Assembly (NCBI GenBank): GCA_965112155.1 | Contig: OZ218106.1 | Source of the DNA: Podarcis liolepis | Taxonomy: Eukaryota | DNA: 64,000 nt | Reading direction: 5' to 3' (one strand) | Shown here: positions 1-12,010 of the stretch, in pieces | How the letters are laid out: the number at the start of each line of letters is the position of its first letter | Position numbering within the stretch: position 1 is the stretch's first letter | Notes under the pieces: model-generated | Databases searched by the model: none | What the model was told of the DNA's origin: nothing | Seen by the model: the letters and a program-made list of their open reading frames with translations, nothing else | Program-made: the position numbers and the translations under genes

Positions 1-99
1 GGAGGTGCCATTAGCGAAAGCACGCCTCATGTTACAAGCAGTTTTAGGTTGAGAACGGACCTCTGAAATGGATTAAGTTCCTAACCGGAGGTACCACTG
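1..99 (-). mobile_element. Tc1/mariner-pogo (Tigger-like) MITE, truncated by the window edge
   Basis: Ends in GAGGTACCACTG followed by TA (100-101). It is reverse-complement similar to the left part of the complete copy at 42962-43187. Confidence 0.8.
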
Positions 100-104
100 T
101 ACAC

Positions 105-270
105 TACTTTGAATAATTTACTATCAACATCAGCAAATTTACTGCTTGTCCTTAAGTCAACTCATTTATGGACAAGTTAAAAAGTACAGGTACCAATACC
201 AGTCCTTGGGAGACTTCACTTTCTGCATCCTTTCATTGGGAAAACTCTTTATTCCTATCGTGCTTCCTGT
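105..270 (-). mobile_element. CR1 LINE reverse-transcriptase remnant
   Basis: The minus strand of ~165-222 translates to SEVSQGLVLVPVLFNLSINE, a degenerate form of the CR1 RT motif SGVPQGSVLGPVLFNLFINDL. Confidence 0.7.
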
Positions 271-271
271 C

Positions 272-403
272 TAGGGCTGCCGTATTTTGAAGAGCAAAAA
301 AAAGTGGACACATTTGCTGACTTCTAACAATGGATCACTATGATGACTTTACCCATGAAAAAGAGGACGTGTCTTGGAAAAAGAGGACATATGGCAACCC
401 TAC
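272..403. mobile_element. Short hAT-like MITE next to or inside the CR1 remnant
   Basis: Imperfect terminal inverted repeats (TIRs) TAGGGCTGCCGTA ... TATGGCAACCCTA, with internal AAAGAGGAC repeats. Confidence 0.55.
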
Positions 404-1929
404 TAGAGGATCTCTCCTTTTATTCCATGACTGCTAAGCTTACCCAGACATCTGTTATTCCATGACTGCTGGGTTTACTTAGAGCTGACATCTGACTCCA
501 GATCCTCTAGGCTGATGGATCTGGTCTGGCTGGTCCTTCCTAATATGAGTGGATCATATCCACCTGGTGCTGCAGGTGGAGGCCATCCTGACAATAGTTT
601 GCCATGTGGATACAGAGTTGAATAGGAGTCATTTAAACTGGCCTTTATTTTGTAGCCAGTTTTGTGAGCATTATCTCTGACCCAATTTTCGTGTTAATTG
701 TTAGCACGCAATGCTCAATATTGGATGGCAAATATCCAACCAGGATGCATCGTCACGTGGTGACAGTTGGTTTTTACCATGCGAGATAAACTAAGATCAA
801 GAAATGGGTGTGGTTAGGTAATCTCAGGGTGCTTTTTTTATTTTAAAAAATCTTCCAAATTCATCAGATCTAAATCTTAAACCCAGTAATGTACTTAGCA
901 TATTTACTTGCCAGATCTGCTTCACCTAGCTATTAGCATATATCCCTGGCATACAGGCCACATTATCTACTAATTCAACAGGATGTAAATCACTGTTGAA
1001 GTAATTACGTCTGTTCTACTGATTTATCCCTCGGTGCTGTATGCCTGAGCACTTTATTGACCTGCACTTTGCTTGTGACTATTGCTAATTTAAAGAACTG
1101 CCTTTGAGAAACTTTCATTATCTTTCTAGATCCAATTAGTGATGACTATTCTCCAAGGCCATCTTAAGAGAATATGCCAAAGACAAGGAGGGGCATTATC
1201 ATTTGTGTATCCTTGTCTGTTGACTATTAGTGGTGGTCAAAAATCACCTTTATAATAATCCTTTTAGAAAGGCTTGTGATTATGGTTTTTATTGCTTCAC
1301 TTAGACTTGAGAGTTTATTAGTGGTGTTTAGCCTCTGGCCAAGAGTGTTTTAATGTCTCCAGATGGTACAATGTCTGGCACTTAACATTTGGGGAGATAT
1401 TCCCCCCCCCCCCAAAAAAAAAATCATAAGAGCATAAAGTACTTTTTCTATAATGATCTTCATATGCTATTTTCTAAACAAGGTTGTTGAATTAAATTAT
1501 CATTTGCTGTTAATATGATTTTTTTTTCTTGGCAAGGGGCTGCTTGGTTTTGTTCAAAATTTTAAAAATGCTATTTTGCTTATTGCATAAGTGGTGGAGT
1601 TTTATTTAATGTCTCTAGCTTTGGGTACAAAACCTTTGTGGCTAAATGTTCACAGAACTGTGTGTTATCCAAAGTTCAGATTTTACAAATTGGAAAAAAA
1701 TGAGACATTGCTGTAACCTCATTTGCTCTCCATAAAGCAGACCCACCAAATATCATAATGGTACCATAATCATGTACCATTGCACAGCACTGCTTATATT
1801 AAAAACAAAACAAAACATTTAAGAAATGGCATTCACTATTCCCCAAAATGTCTCAGATGCTGTGTCAGTCAAAATAATTTGGGGGAAAGAAAATGATGCT
1901 TTATCTGACCATGGAGGAGAGGTGGTTCA

Positions 1930-2180
1930 TTCTAGCCTATGCTTTGCACCCAAAGAGACATTAAAGTAAGCCCCAGATGAGTCTCCCTTGCATAAACATT
2001 CCACAGTTGAAGTGCCACTGCTGAGAAAGCGCTCTCCTCAGCCATCACCTGTCCCAACTTGGATGTTGGGGGAATCTGGAAAAGGACTTTGTTAATGATC
2101 AAACTGCACAGGAACATATGGCTGTAGCAGTATGTTCTGCCTAGAATGTGGGAAACAGAGAAGGCTACCCTCACCAGTGC
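1930..2180 (-). mobile_element. L2 LINE 3' remnant
   Basis: The minus strand encodes AFSAVALQLWNVY..., resembling the L2 C-terminal motif 'AFSVAAPxLWNxLP'. Confidence 0.6.
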
Positions 2181-4894
2181 CTATCTATTTTTAAGAAAGC
2201 ATTGTTACTTTGTTGTCCCAACTTTCCTTTGAGGCTAGTGTCTAATGGTATTAAGGTGTATACGTCTTTATTCTATATTTCTTCATTCTAATTTGTATCA
2301 ACTGGACTAATAAAAATAAACTTTCTGCCATTGTTGAATGGAAATCGTGGAAAACTTCATTGCTAAACTCTTAGTTTAAGGTCAATAGGAAAATAATAAA
2401 TTAATAAAAAACTGTGAAATCTCTATTCATTTTGGGTATGTGTAATACACAAACTATTTGTCTGTCTAGCAGAGTGCTCTCTGTGTGGGCTAGCAGTGCC
2501 TCCCTAATGTCTCAGTCATTTCATATAATCACTGCTTGCGTCTTTTTAAACTTGAGATGATGGGAATTAAACCTGGGACTTGCAGCAGGAAAACCATGTA
2601 CTATGCTACTGAGCTCTACTCCCTCCTCTAACCAAAATCTGTATGCAATAGACATCTTCTTGATGGTTTGTTTGGTCATGATCACAGGGAGAAAAGATGA
2701 TCCAGTATTTACTGTGATGCATCAGTAATACTATCTTTCTAGTCAATGCCAGCTATTCATGTTAACTTTCTCCACTTTACTGATATCCTGTCTCCCTTTG
2801 CAGTTGAAGTATGGGAGTTCCTCAAGTTCACTTTTGGTGAAATTTATCTCAGAACGCAGTCTTATCATCAAGATCAGCTGTCATCTGCCAAGTAAGATAC
2901 ATAACAATCTTGCTCCACAGTTTTTACTGTTGTTATCAGGAAAAGTCCTCAGGCCTAGTTTTCAGACTCCTTAGGTTCAAATGGATTATTAATGTCTCCT
3001 GCAAGTTCTCAGATAGTATTATGTGATGGGTATGCTTTTATTTATTGGGGGCATTTACACTTTGAGCATCGAGTTTCATGCCCAATCACAAATCCAGTCA
3101 CAAATTAAACATACACAGATCAATGAGGCAGCATCTAAAGTGATCAGACTGAATTGTGGCATTGTTACTCTGCTGATCCGGTGACAAAGATTCCATTTAA
3201 TAAACACAGTTGCCATTTAGCAGTAATTAATCAACCAACTGCAATGTCACACTGAGGTCAAAGAAACCAGAAGACCAAATGAGAGGAACATGAAAACTGA
3301 GCTGACATACAAAATGTGAATGCAGTGCCAAGGGAAGTTAGGAGGCATTAGCAGTGGTGAAACATTTAATCCCAACTTCATTTTAACATTTCAGTTCAAA
3401 AATAATCACATTCCCTTGGTTCAAATTAAGGTCACTTTTGTAACTTTCAGATGCTATTTCCTCCGAATAGCCTGCAGAGATGCTTAGAAAGGCTGGTGCA
3501 TTTTACAGATGTGCCTCTGTTCGCTCATGCCGTCTGGTTCCTTTTCCTCTTAATTTTAAAATGACTCCTTGCTTGGCTGATATTGCTTCTAACTTAGTCT
3601 GAAAGCAAGAGTAAGCAGCGAAGCAGCACACGTTTTAGAGAGGAGCCACATGGTTATGCAAAGCTGCTTCAAAGAGGCCTTCCCCCTTTCTTCTCCCTAA
3701 GACGTTTCCTTTCTGTTCCCCAATCCTACCACAACAAACACAGGACTCTGGACATCTTACAGAATGCTATTCCCCCCTTACTTTGTGGAAATACTATTAA
3801 GATGACCCATTCTGCCCTTAAATGCATTGTTACTTTATTTGCTTTCCTTTTGAGATACCAATGATACACTTCCATCAAGGGTACAGTTTAGTGAGATGGA
3901 TCATGCTTAGGTAACTGGCAGTTCAAGGAAGTCCTACCTTAGGTTGTTTACATGAACATGTTTTAGAACAGCTATTTAGCTTCCATTTATTCCACCCTCC
4001 TGCCCAGCTGTAAGTGTGAATGCCGGCAGTGAGTCCATAGGTCGCTGATAAACTGAACCCCCATTTGGCAGGCAGGGAAGTTAGAATGATAAGGCACTTG
4101 ATTTATGTTTTTCTCTGTCACTAGATTTTCAGTAAAGCTGTGCAGCCAGCCTTAACAGAGTGAGTTTTGCTATCACCTCTGTTGCTTTGGCTTTAAGTGT
4201 ACCAGATTCTTGAGCTTCTTCCCTTAAGAACAGGAAAGATACATATCTATTAAATGCCACATTCTCCAAATCTCTTATTCTTGGATCTTCTGGGAAGTTT
4301 TTCCATGCCTGAAACTATACTTTGTTAAAACTAATGTGCATTTCATGCTGCTATAAATTAGGGACAGTTTTATACTTCACATTTTGTATTACTAACCACA
4401 CTGAATAATAATTGAACCATAGTTAGTTATGAAAGGTGTAACTGGAATATAGCATGGGGTATTACAGTACAACCCTAGCTGTGTCTTCTCAGAAGTAAGT
4501 CATTTTAAATTCAAGTGGATTTACTCCCAGGTAACTGGAGTTAGGACTGCAACCCTAATTCAGTTTAATTATTTAGTTAACTAAACGAAACAAACATACA
4601 AACAAAAACTTATGCAGCAGCAAACACACAACACAACAGGACACAAAATACAACATAAAACAGTGACATCTCCTAGTACTGTTTTTCTTCTTAAAAATCA
4701 TCCTCCATTAACCACCATGAAATGCTGAGCAGCAAATCTGGCTTCCTTAAACATAATTTTATTACACTCAGAAACAAGGAACTCACTTTTATCAGTATCA
4801 TTAACTCTCTTAACCTATATCAATAACTCTTCAAGCTGTTTCTTCCTTGGCAAATTATAAATTGGAAACCACAATATAATATAATAATGTGTGT

Positions 4895-5122
4895 GTGTGA
4901 AACACACAAAAATGCATTTTATGGGGAAATTGCTTCGCAAAAACCTGATTTTTTTGCAGAATTGCACACAAGCATACTTGCATAATTGGAAGACATTTGT
5001 GTACATGAAGAGAAATCCTCACTAAAATTTTGATGATTAAAAAAAAAGCAAACTGATATGGAAATGTGCAGAACTTAACTCAAGACTAGAAAAATGAGAG
5101 AAACCAAAACTGCTCATACCTA
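4895..5122 (+). repeat. Partial copy of an AT-rich ~450-bp dispersed repeat (putative non-autonomous DNA transposon)
   Basis: Shares 'aaatgcatt..ggggaaattgctt', 'gcaaactgatatgg' and 'aaaaatgagaaac' blocks with 15917-16372, 35173-35605 and 58670-59105. Confidence 0.6.
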
Positions 5123-8100
5123 GTGCTGTGACTGCCCAAAAGAAGAAAATAGTACTGTATCCTCAATTCAAACATATATGTTTCAGTCCCACAAAATGTT
5201 TTGATAGAAGGATAAACAGCAAAAACAGATGGGAGCCTACTATATTCCATATATAGAGGGAAGCAATATGGATACATTATTTCTTTGGTATTCTTCTAAT
5301 TTAGCAAGTTCTTCTAAACCAAAACTCTCACACAAAACCTAAGGTAGGACTATGCAGACAACTGTGCCAATCATTCAGGTAATGCATGAAGGAGAATGGA
5401 GTCTTACCTACTAGTCATTTCCCCTGGCCCTGGCATGACACTTGACCATGACCCCCAGTGGTTGTGTAGTGTAAAAGGGCACCTATGTGCACACAACCAT
5501 ACCACACAGTCCCACTCACATGTGTGCATTCAGGGGCTGCATGAGAAAGATGCCTGCATTTGAATGCAGCCAATTATGACTATTCTCACCTCTGTCTATA
5601 CTCTTTACATCTTCCAAACAACTATTTCACAGACTGCTTTCTGATCTTTTATTAATACATCAATGGATGTAAAATATAATATCCCATGGGCATAAAACCA
5701 ACTTCTACACGAATACATGACACCAGTGTACAGACTTAACAACTTCCTTTTCAACAATTTCTGTCCTGAGATTGGGGGGGGGGGGGGCTTCAGCCTCGTC
5801 CCCACATTCTTTGGGGAGGGGGATCAACTGTCCTCAGACCCATAGAGTTAACACCTATGCCCAACATAAATACTGTGGAAGAAAAGGCAACAAAACTGGG
5901 AATACATTAATCTATATCAACTGTATTTTCACTAACCCCAAAAGCATTTTGCCAGCTACTAGTAGCAAAAAAAATGTGCCCATGTCTCCAATGGCATTGC
6001 ACATGTGGTGCCCTCTCAAGAAAGCGGCAATCGAATCAGTCTGCCCACTCAGTTTCCTTGACTAGTTTATCAGAAGCATTATAGCTAGATTAGAAAGCTA
6101 CATTGGGAAAATGAACTGCATTTTCCCCTCCCCACCATGTGTGACTCTTCAGGCAGCTAGGTATATGCATGCAGAAGATTTTGGACACACCAATGTGCAT
6201 CTGATGAAAAACTGCTCCACAGAACAGTATCATGCCATTCTGTCTTACTGGCATGTATCCAATGTCAAACAGAGTCACAGTTTAATGCTGGGCATCCTGT
6301 TGTTTTCCCTATGTCTTAGAACTTTACATACAAGTCATTAATACAGGCCTTTGCTTTGTATTTTGCTGTTAGTATTTTGTGACCACAAAAGTGCTTTGCT
6401 TTCTGTCTTCATCTTTCAGTCACCCTGTCCTTGAATTTAGCCATTATTTTAAAAAGGCAGCTAAATTCCATTACCCACTTTTTGCACATCCATAGTTTAT
6501 CAGTAGGTGGATCCATAACTCCTGCTTCTCATTCCCTGAACAGCTGCTGCCTCTCTGCTTTTGTGGCTTCCTCTTGCCCTATGGTAAGCTATAAAACTGT
6601 TTATATTCATTGCTGAAGTATTTTCTCTATGTGTGCTTAGGGACTATAAACCTCAAATATTTCTTCACCACTAATGGGCACAAAAAGAAAATGTTTCTAA
6701 TCCTTTGTTTACTGGCAGCACACACAGTACCTAGTGTTTTACACTAGTATGTGCCCATGAATCAAATTCTTCCACCAGTCTTCTTAAACCCACTGAGATA
6801 CAAGAATTTAGCTTTATGCAGATAAAAGAGCAAAGCAAAAAAATGAAGAAACCTGGACTCTTTCCCAATTTTATATGGATTATTTCAAATGGGATTTCTC
6901 TAGATTTAACGGATTGAAGATTTTTATTTATTTCGGATTAAATAAAAGTTATATATCTCATTTGTCATCAGATTCTATATCTCGTTTGGCATCAGATGAG
7001 TTGGCATCCAAATAACTTTAAAAGGTACCAGTTAAACTGACCATATTGTTATGGATTTGGGGTACCAGAGTTTGGGGGTACAAAAGTGCCCATAGTTCTG
7101 ATAAGTTACTGAACGTTAGAAATTTCTAAATGTGTGGAACTGTCCCCTGGGATGGAAGTCATTAAGCATGACAAAGGTGTTGATGGCCCATCAAAGGAAG
7201 ATGGTTGGGTCTGTGAAATAGAGGTTGCCATGGTAATGTGGGTATGATGTCACACAAGAAAAATGTTGTCCTTCTGAAAAACAGAGGTCTGGAGAAGGGG
7301 GTTGAGCAGACAGAAGGTGATGTGTTGCACTTGGCAAGGCATTCTGGGAAGAAGGAGGAGGATGTAGGAGAACTCCATGCAGCCACTGATGGGATGAGGC
7401 TGCACCGAGAGACCGGGGGCCATGACAGACTGCTGTTTTTGAACCAAACTTGCTGAAGCTATGAGAGGAGCAACAATAGACTCTACTCTCTTGGGGTGTA
7501 ATGTTCTGCACTGCCTCCATTGAAGATTTTAGATGTAGATATATGTAAATTAAATCAGAATGGGGCAGAATGGAGTGGGGCTCAAATGGGCCACAATGGG
7601 GGCAAAGTGGACTTATGCATGCTCCACCATCACATGCAATGACCCAGAACATGACCTCTATGCAAATTGGGGGTTGCCTGTACACATAATTGCAAACAAC
7701 TTTACCCTTCAGCACAGTGCTTTGTAGGATTAGACTGGATTCAAAACATTGTGGCTGGGGAAGTTCAGGTACACCCATTAAGGATTTCATCTTTTGTTTC
7801 AGTGAGAAAGTCAATACACACAAAGGAATAGATAGCTGTAGCTTCACCTCCATTACCGTGAATGGGAAGCCTTACCAAGTAGCAATAGGGGTGAATGAGA
7901 ATGCACACAGAGATCAAGATTTATAACCTTGCATTTAGTTTCCTTAAGGCCCTTTCTATGGCAGTTTCTAATGTGTTTGTTGGACATATGCACATGGTAT
8001 TGCATCCAACATCAACAGCAAGGACATTCTCAATTCAATAAAATCCAAGCTGTTTGTTATTTAGATGCATTGCTAGTTTAATTAGGTTCCTCAAACAGTA

Positions 8101-8636
8101 GCCACAAAATATTGTCTTTCATGCACTCTGGAAGCCAAGAACATTTTTGTCTCAATCCACTAGTGTTTGGAGAGTAGCCAAAGCTATCTGGAAATGCAAA
8201 TAGCCATCTTTTATGTTCAGAGGGACCTCAATTTGTACAAACCATTTAGGAACATCTTAGAATATAAATCATGCAGAATAGAAGTCTTTTGTCTCATAAC
8301 CAGCCCATCCATAGCTTCAGGGGGCAAAAATTACATTTCATTTGAACCCGTAGACTACATATGGCTTAAATTAGTTTCATTTTCATTTTGTGAGTTTTAT
8401 GACTATTTTAAAAAATAATTTTCCTGTTTTCTGAGCAAATTACACAAGACATCTGCCCTATATTTAATCTAGGAACCTCATAAAGGCAAGAGGCAGACAT
8501 TTTATGAGATATATTATAAAAATTAGATAATTATCTTGTTTATTTTAGCAGTTTCTACTTAGTGTTTTAACAGTAGTCTCCCGTTAAAGACTTAAACATT
8601 CAGTGTTGCAGTAGGCCAATGTAATGCTCAGATATT

Positions 8637-8880
8637 GAGAGCCAGTGTGGTGTAGTGGTTAAGAGCGGTAGTCACGTAATCTGGGAAACCGGGTTCGCGT
8701 CTCCGCTCCTCCACATGCAGCTGCTGGGTGACCTTGGGCCAGTCACACTTCTGTGAAGTCTCTCAGCCCCACTCACCTCACAGAGCGTTTGTTGTGGGGG
8801 AGGAAGGGCAAGGAGAATGTTAGCCGCTTTGAGACTCCTGAAGGGGAGTGAAAGGCGGGATATCAAATCCAAAACTCTTC
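8637..8880 (+). mobile_element. tRNA/CORE-type SINE (Squam3-like, MIR/Ther1-related)
   Basis: Pol III A box TGGTGTAGTGG (8648-8658), B box-like GGTTCGCGTCT (8692-8702), MIR-like core GTGACCTTGGGCCAGTCAC and CTT-type tail. Near-identical copies lie at 47526-47761 and 53151-53399. Confidence 0.85.
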
Positions 8881-10525
8881 ATATAACACTAAAACTCATA
8901 ATACTAATACTAAAGCAGCTTAATCCTATGAGCTGCTGGAGCATGCATCCAACTGGTATGAGTTGGGGCATCACAAGGCTGAAGCAGACCTGAGGGTGGC
9001 AAAGCGGCATGTTTAAATCCAGGCCTACCCTAATCACAGAAAAAGCATGGAGGGTGGTGTGCGTAGTGATTTCTAAAGCAAAAGGGGTATGCAGGGAGAG
9101 TAGGGGGGAGCTGAATTTTCTCCATCTGGAGACAAGAGATCACAGCTTCCTAAAGCCAACCCCCCTTAAGTGCTTTCTCCCCAGTTAAACTCTCTTCCTG
9201 TATTGGAGCTCAGCTAAGAAGGAAAGTACAGTACCATACACAAAGCCTGCAGGGAGATAAGACCATAGGGGATGGGGCAGTTTATCAAGCCCCTCCATGT
9301 TGCATTTGCTGTAAAAATCATACCTCCTTCCCATGTTTTACAGGGTTGCTCTTCCACTAAAACCAACAAAAGCTAAGAAGAGAGGGAAACCACACTTTCA
9401 TACTTGAGAGGGGAGACCATCAAAAATGTGTGAGTGTGTTACAAGGCAAATTATCTGAAGCACTGAAACACTTTCGCTCCACGAATGACTTACTCCATCG
9501 TAGTTAAAGCACAGCCCTGCTTTATATTATGCATTGTGAGTGCTGACATAAGAAGCTGATGATATGAGTAGTTAAATGAGAATTCCACTATTTGTCTAGC
9601 TTTAGGTATATGAAAAGAATATTGTGAAAATCCGAGAAGTGTGAAAATCTGAGGGCAGCAGCTTATACATTTGCCGAGTTTCGTTGTGAACCAGCTCATT
9701 TTTCAGGCAAGTCATAAAGAGGCTCAAAAACAAGCATTTCACTGTTGGGTGTTTTTCTTTTTTCAAATGAGGTTATTTCCATGTGACTGCTATTCATCTG
9801 ACATCATTACTGACATACCTTCCATTAGTGTGGTATCTGATTAAGGCTTCCAGCCACATTGGAGCCAGACATAAGTAGTCCAAGTAAGGTGGCTAAGAAA
9901 AATTAACATGTCAGTATTATTCAGAGGTGAGAGTGTCTGTCTTGATTTTGGTTTGGTCAAATAGGATTGAAACTATAGGTACTCAGAATAGGAAGCTTTT
10001 GAATATCTTTGAAGCTTTGGAAGTAGCTGGTATTGTTGCATAGTACCAAACTGGAGCTGAGGATGAAACTAAAAGCAATAAAAGAGCAGTAAATTAGGAC
10101 TGTAATTCTTTCTTTCTTCTTCCTTTGCACTGTCAGTATGTTCCTCTCATAGCCATCTCATGTCAGGAGGTGACTTGCGATGAAGAGGAGTGTTTGGGTA
10201 GATAGAACAGCATTTATATTTGGTACCAAGTTTAAATGATGCATGTTTGTTTTGGATAAGTGAGTTGTTAGTCTTTCTATTTGGCCAATCACAGGGTTGG
10301 GTGGGGATGAGCACGCTAGCACCTCTACCTGTTACTGAAGCAAATGGTGGCAGAAGGAAGTCTGCCCTACATAGGCTCCCTGCACAAAACAGATCCATGG
10401 AATATTGGGCTTTTAAATTCTGTGGGAAGCCAACACAAGTAGAAAAGAGTACCTGGTTTCCTTTTGCTTTTTGAACACAAAAAGATTGAGAACCCAATCA
10501 CTCACCATAATTGCTTAGCTTAAGG

Positions 10526-10649
10526 CAGAGATAGCTAACCTGGTGCCTTCTAGAAGTTGTCCACCAGCCCCATCCATCAAGGCAAATTACGAGGAATAAT
10601 GGGAACTGGAGTTCAACTACATCTAAAGGGCACCATGCTGCTATCTCTG
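10526..10649. mobile_element. Short palindromic hAT MITE
   Basis: TIRs CAGAGATAGC/GCTATCTCTG; 8-bp flanks GCTTAAGG (10518-10525) and GTTTAAGG (10650-10657). Confidence 0.7.
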
Positions 10650-10657
10650 GTTTAAGG

Positions 10658-10782
10658 AGATGATATGGAACCTGTGGCTCTCCAGCTGTCATTGAACACC
10701 ATCATCTTGAATATTGGCTGGCCAGAGCTGATGGGAGTTAGATACCAACAATAGCTGGAGTGCCATAGGTTCCCTATCCCTG
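10658..10782. mobile_element. Second related short hAT MITE, abutting the first
   Basis: GGAACCTGTGGCTCTCCAG ... CTGGAGTGCCATAGGTTCC inverted arms, right end CCCTATCCCTG, followed by GTTCAAGG (10783-10790). Confidence 0.65.
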
Positions 10783-11864
10783 GTTCAAGGGAAGAGTTAA
10801 GGTGCTCACAAATTTATTCAGCAACTTAAACTTTAATTTCATGTGTGTAGCTTTGTGGATGAGTGTGTAAGCACCTTAAGGGGTTTTGTGCCTAGAATAA
10901 GCTGTTAGAATACAAATGATGTTTGAGGCTCCTTCTGCTGATGTGGAGAAACTACAGCTATTGAGTTCTTCTAAATAAGATTCAGTAACAGGTTGCTGAG
11001 ATGAAATTGTTCTTCAGAAGTTCAGCGAGCTGGGACTGAGTAGTTCAGCTGATAAGGCCCTGGCTCTTCACTTATAGGACAAACAGTTCAAGCCTCTTCC
11101 AATTTCATAAGTTAATTTAGTTATGCCAGCTATGCTTACAATGATAATACAATAGACATGCCACACATAGCTGTCCTTGTATGGCTACACTGAACTATAA
11201 TAATAAAAAAGAACTGAGGGCCTTGACTTGGCTGTATGATGGCATGTGTGGACCTAGTGTAAATGATGCAAATAACGTGGTAAAAATGAGCAACAATTTC
11301 AGCCCAAACCTTAGCTGTCATTTGTCTGCACCAGAGAGATGTTACAAATACCTCTTGAGTCCAGCGCTGCAGTAATGGTGTGCCTATTCCAATATGTTCT
11401 TCACCTTTCAGTGTTGTTTTGAAGTGCCTCCAATCACGATAACAGAAAAAGACACTGATTCTTGCAGGGGGGAAAAGTGTGTATGTGTGTGTGTGTGAAT
11501 GTAATAAAATGTTATAACATTGCAGAAACACTTTACTACAGGGTGTTGCAAGCAATGGTGTCACTTCAGTAGTACAGCATTGAAGTGCCAGTATGTGAAT
11601 ACTAGAAACTCGGATGCACATCCCTCCTTAATCACTCTCTATCATATAGACAGCAGGTTCTTTTAAAAATGCTTCCAGGTACATGGGGGCAGCCATCATT
11701 TTACCAGTGAATTCCCCAGGAAGTGACTGTACATAACGATGTACAATCACTTCCTGGAAGCATTTTATAAAGGATTTTTTTTTTAAAGTATGCTGTCATG
11801 AACCTGCTTAAGAAGTTAAAGGAAGAAAGAGGCACACCTCGAAACACCTCATAAGTACAGTATG

Positions 11865-12010
11865 CAGTGCTTTTTTTTCTTTAAAAATGTTTAGGGGTAC
11901 TCTCGTTTTCCTACTCCTATTGAAATACTCCCCCTCAATGAGGCCAAACTTAGATTCACAAAATGTTTAGGGGTATGCGTACCCCTGCGTCCCCCCAGAA
12001 AAAAGCACTG
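11865..12010. mobile_element. 146-bp hAT MITE with perfect 8-bp TSD
   Basis: TIRs CAGTGCTTTTTT/AAAAAAGCACTG; TSD ACAGTATG at 11857-11864 and 12011-12018. An inverted sister copy lies at 39377-39535. Confidence 0.9.

Noticed and set aside
7191-7853. Longest ORF in the track (220 aa, minus strand)
   Set aside because: No recognisable domain, Cys/Ser/His/Pro-rich composition typical of non-coding frames, and no evident splice or promoter context.
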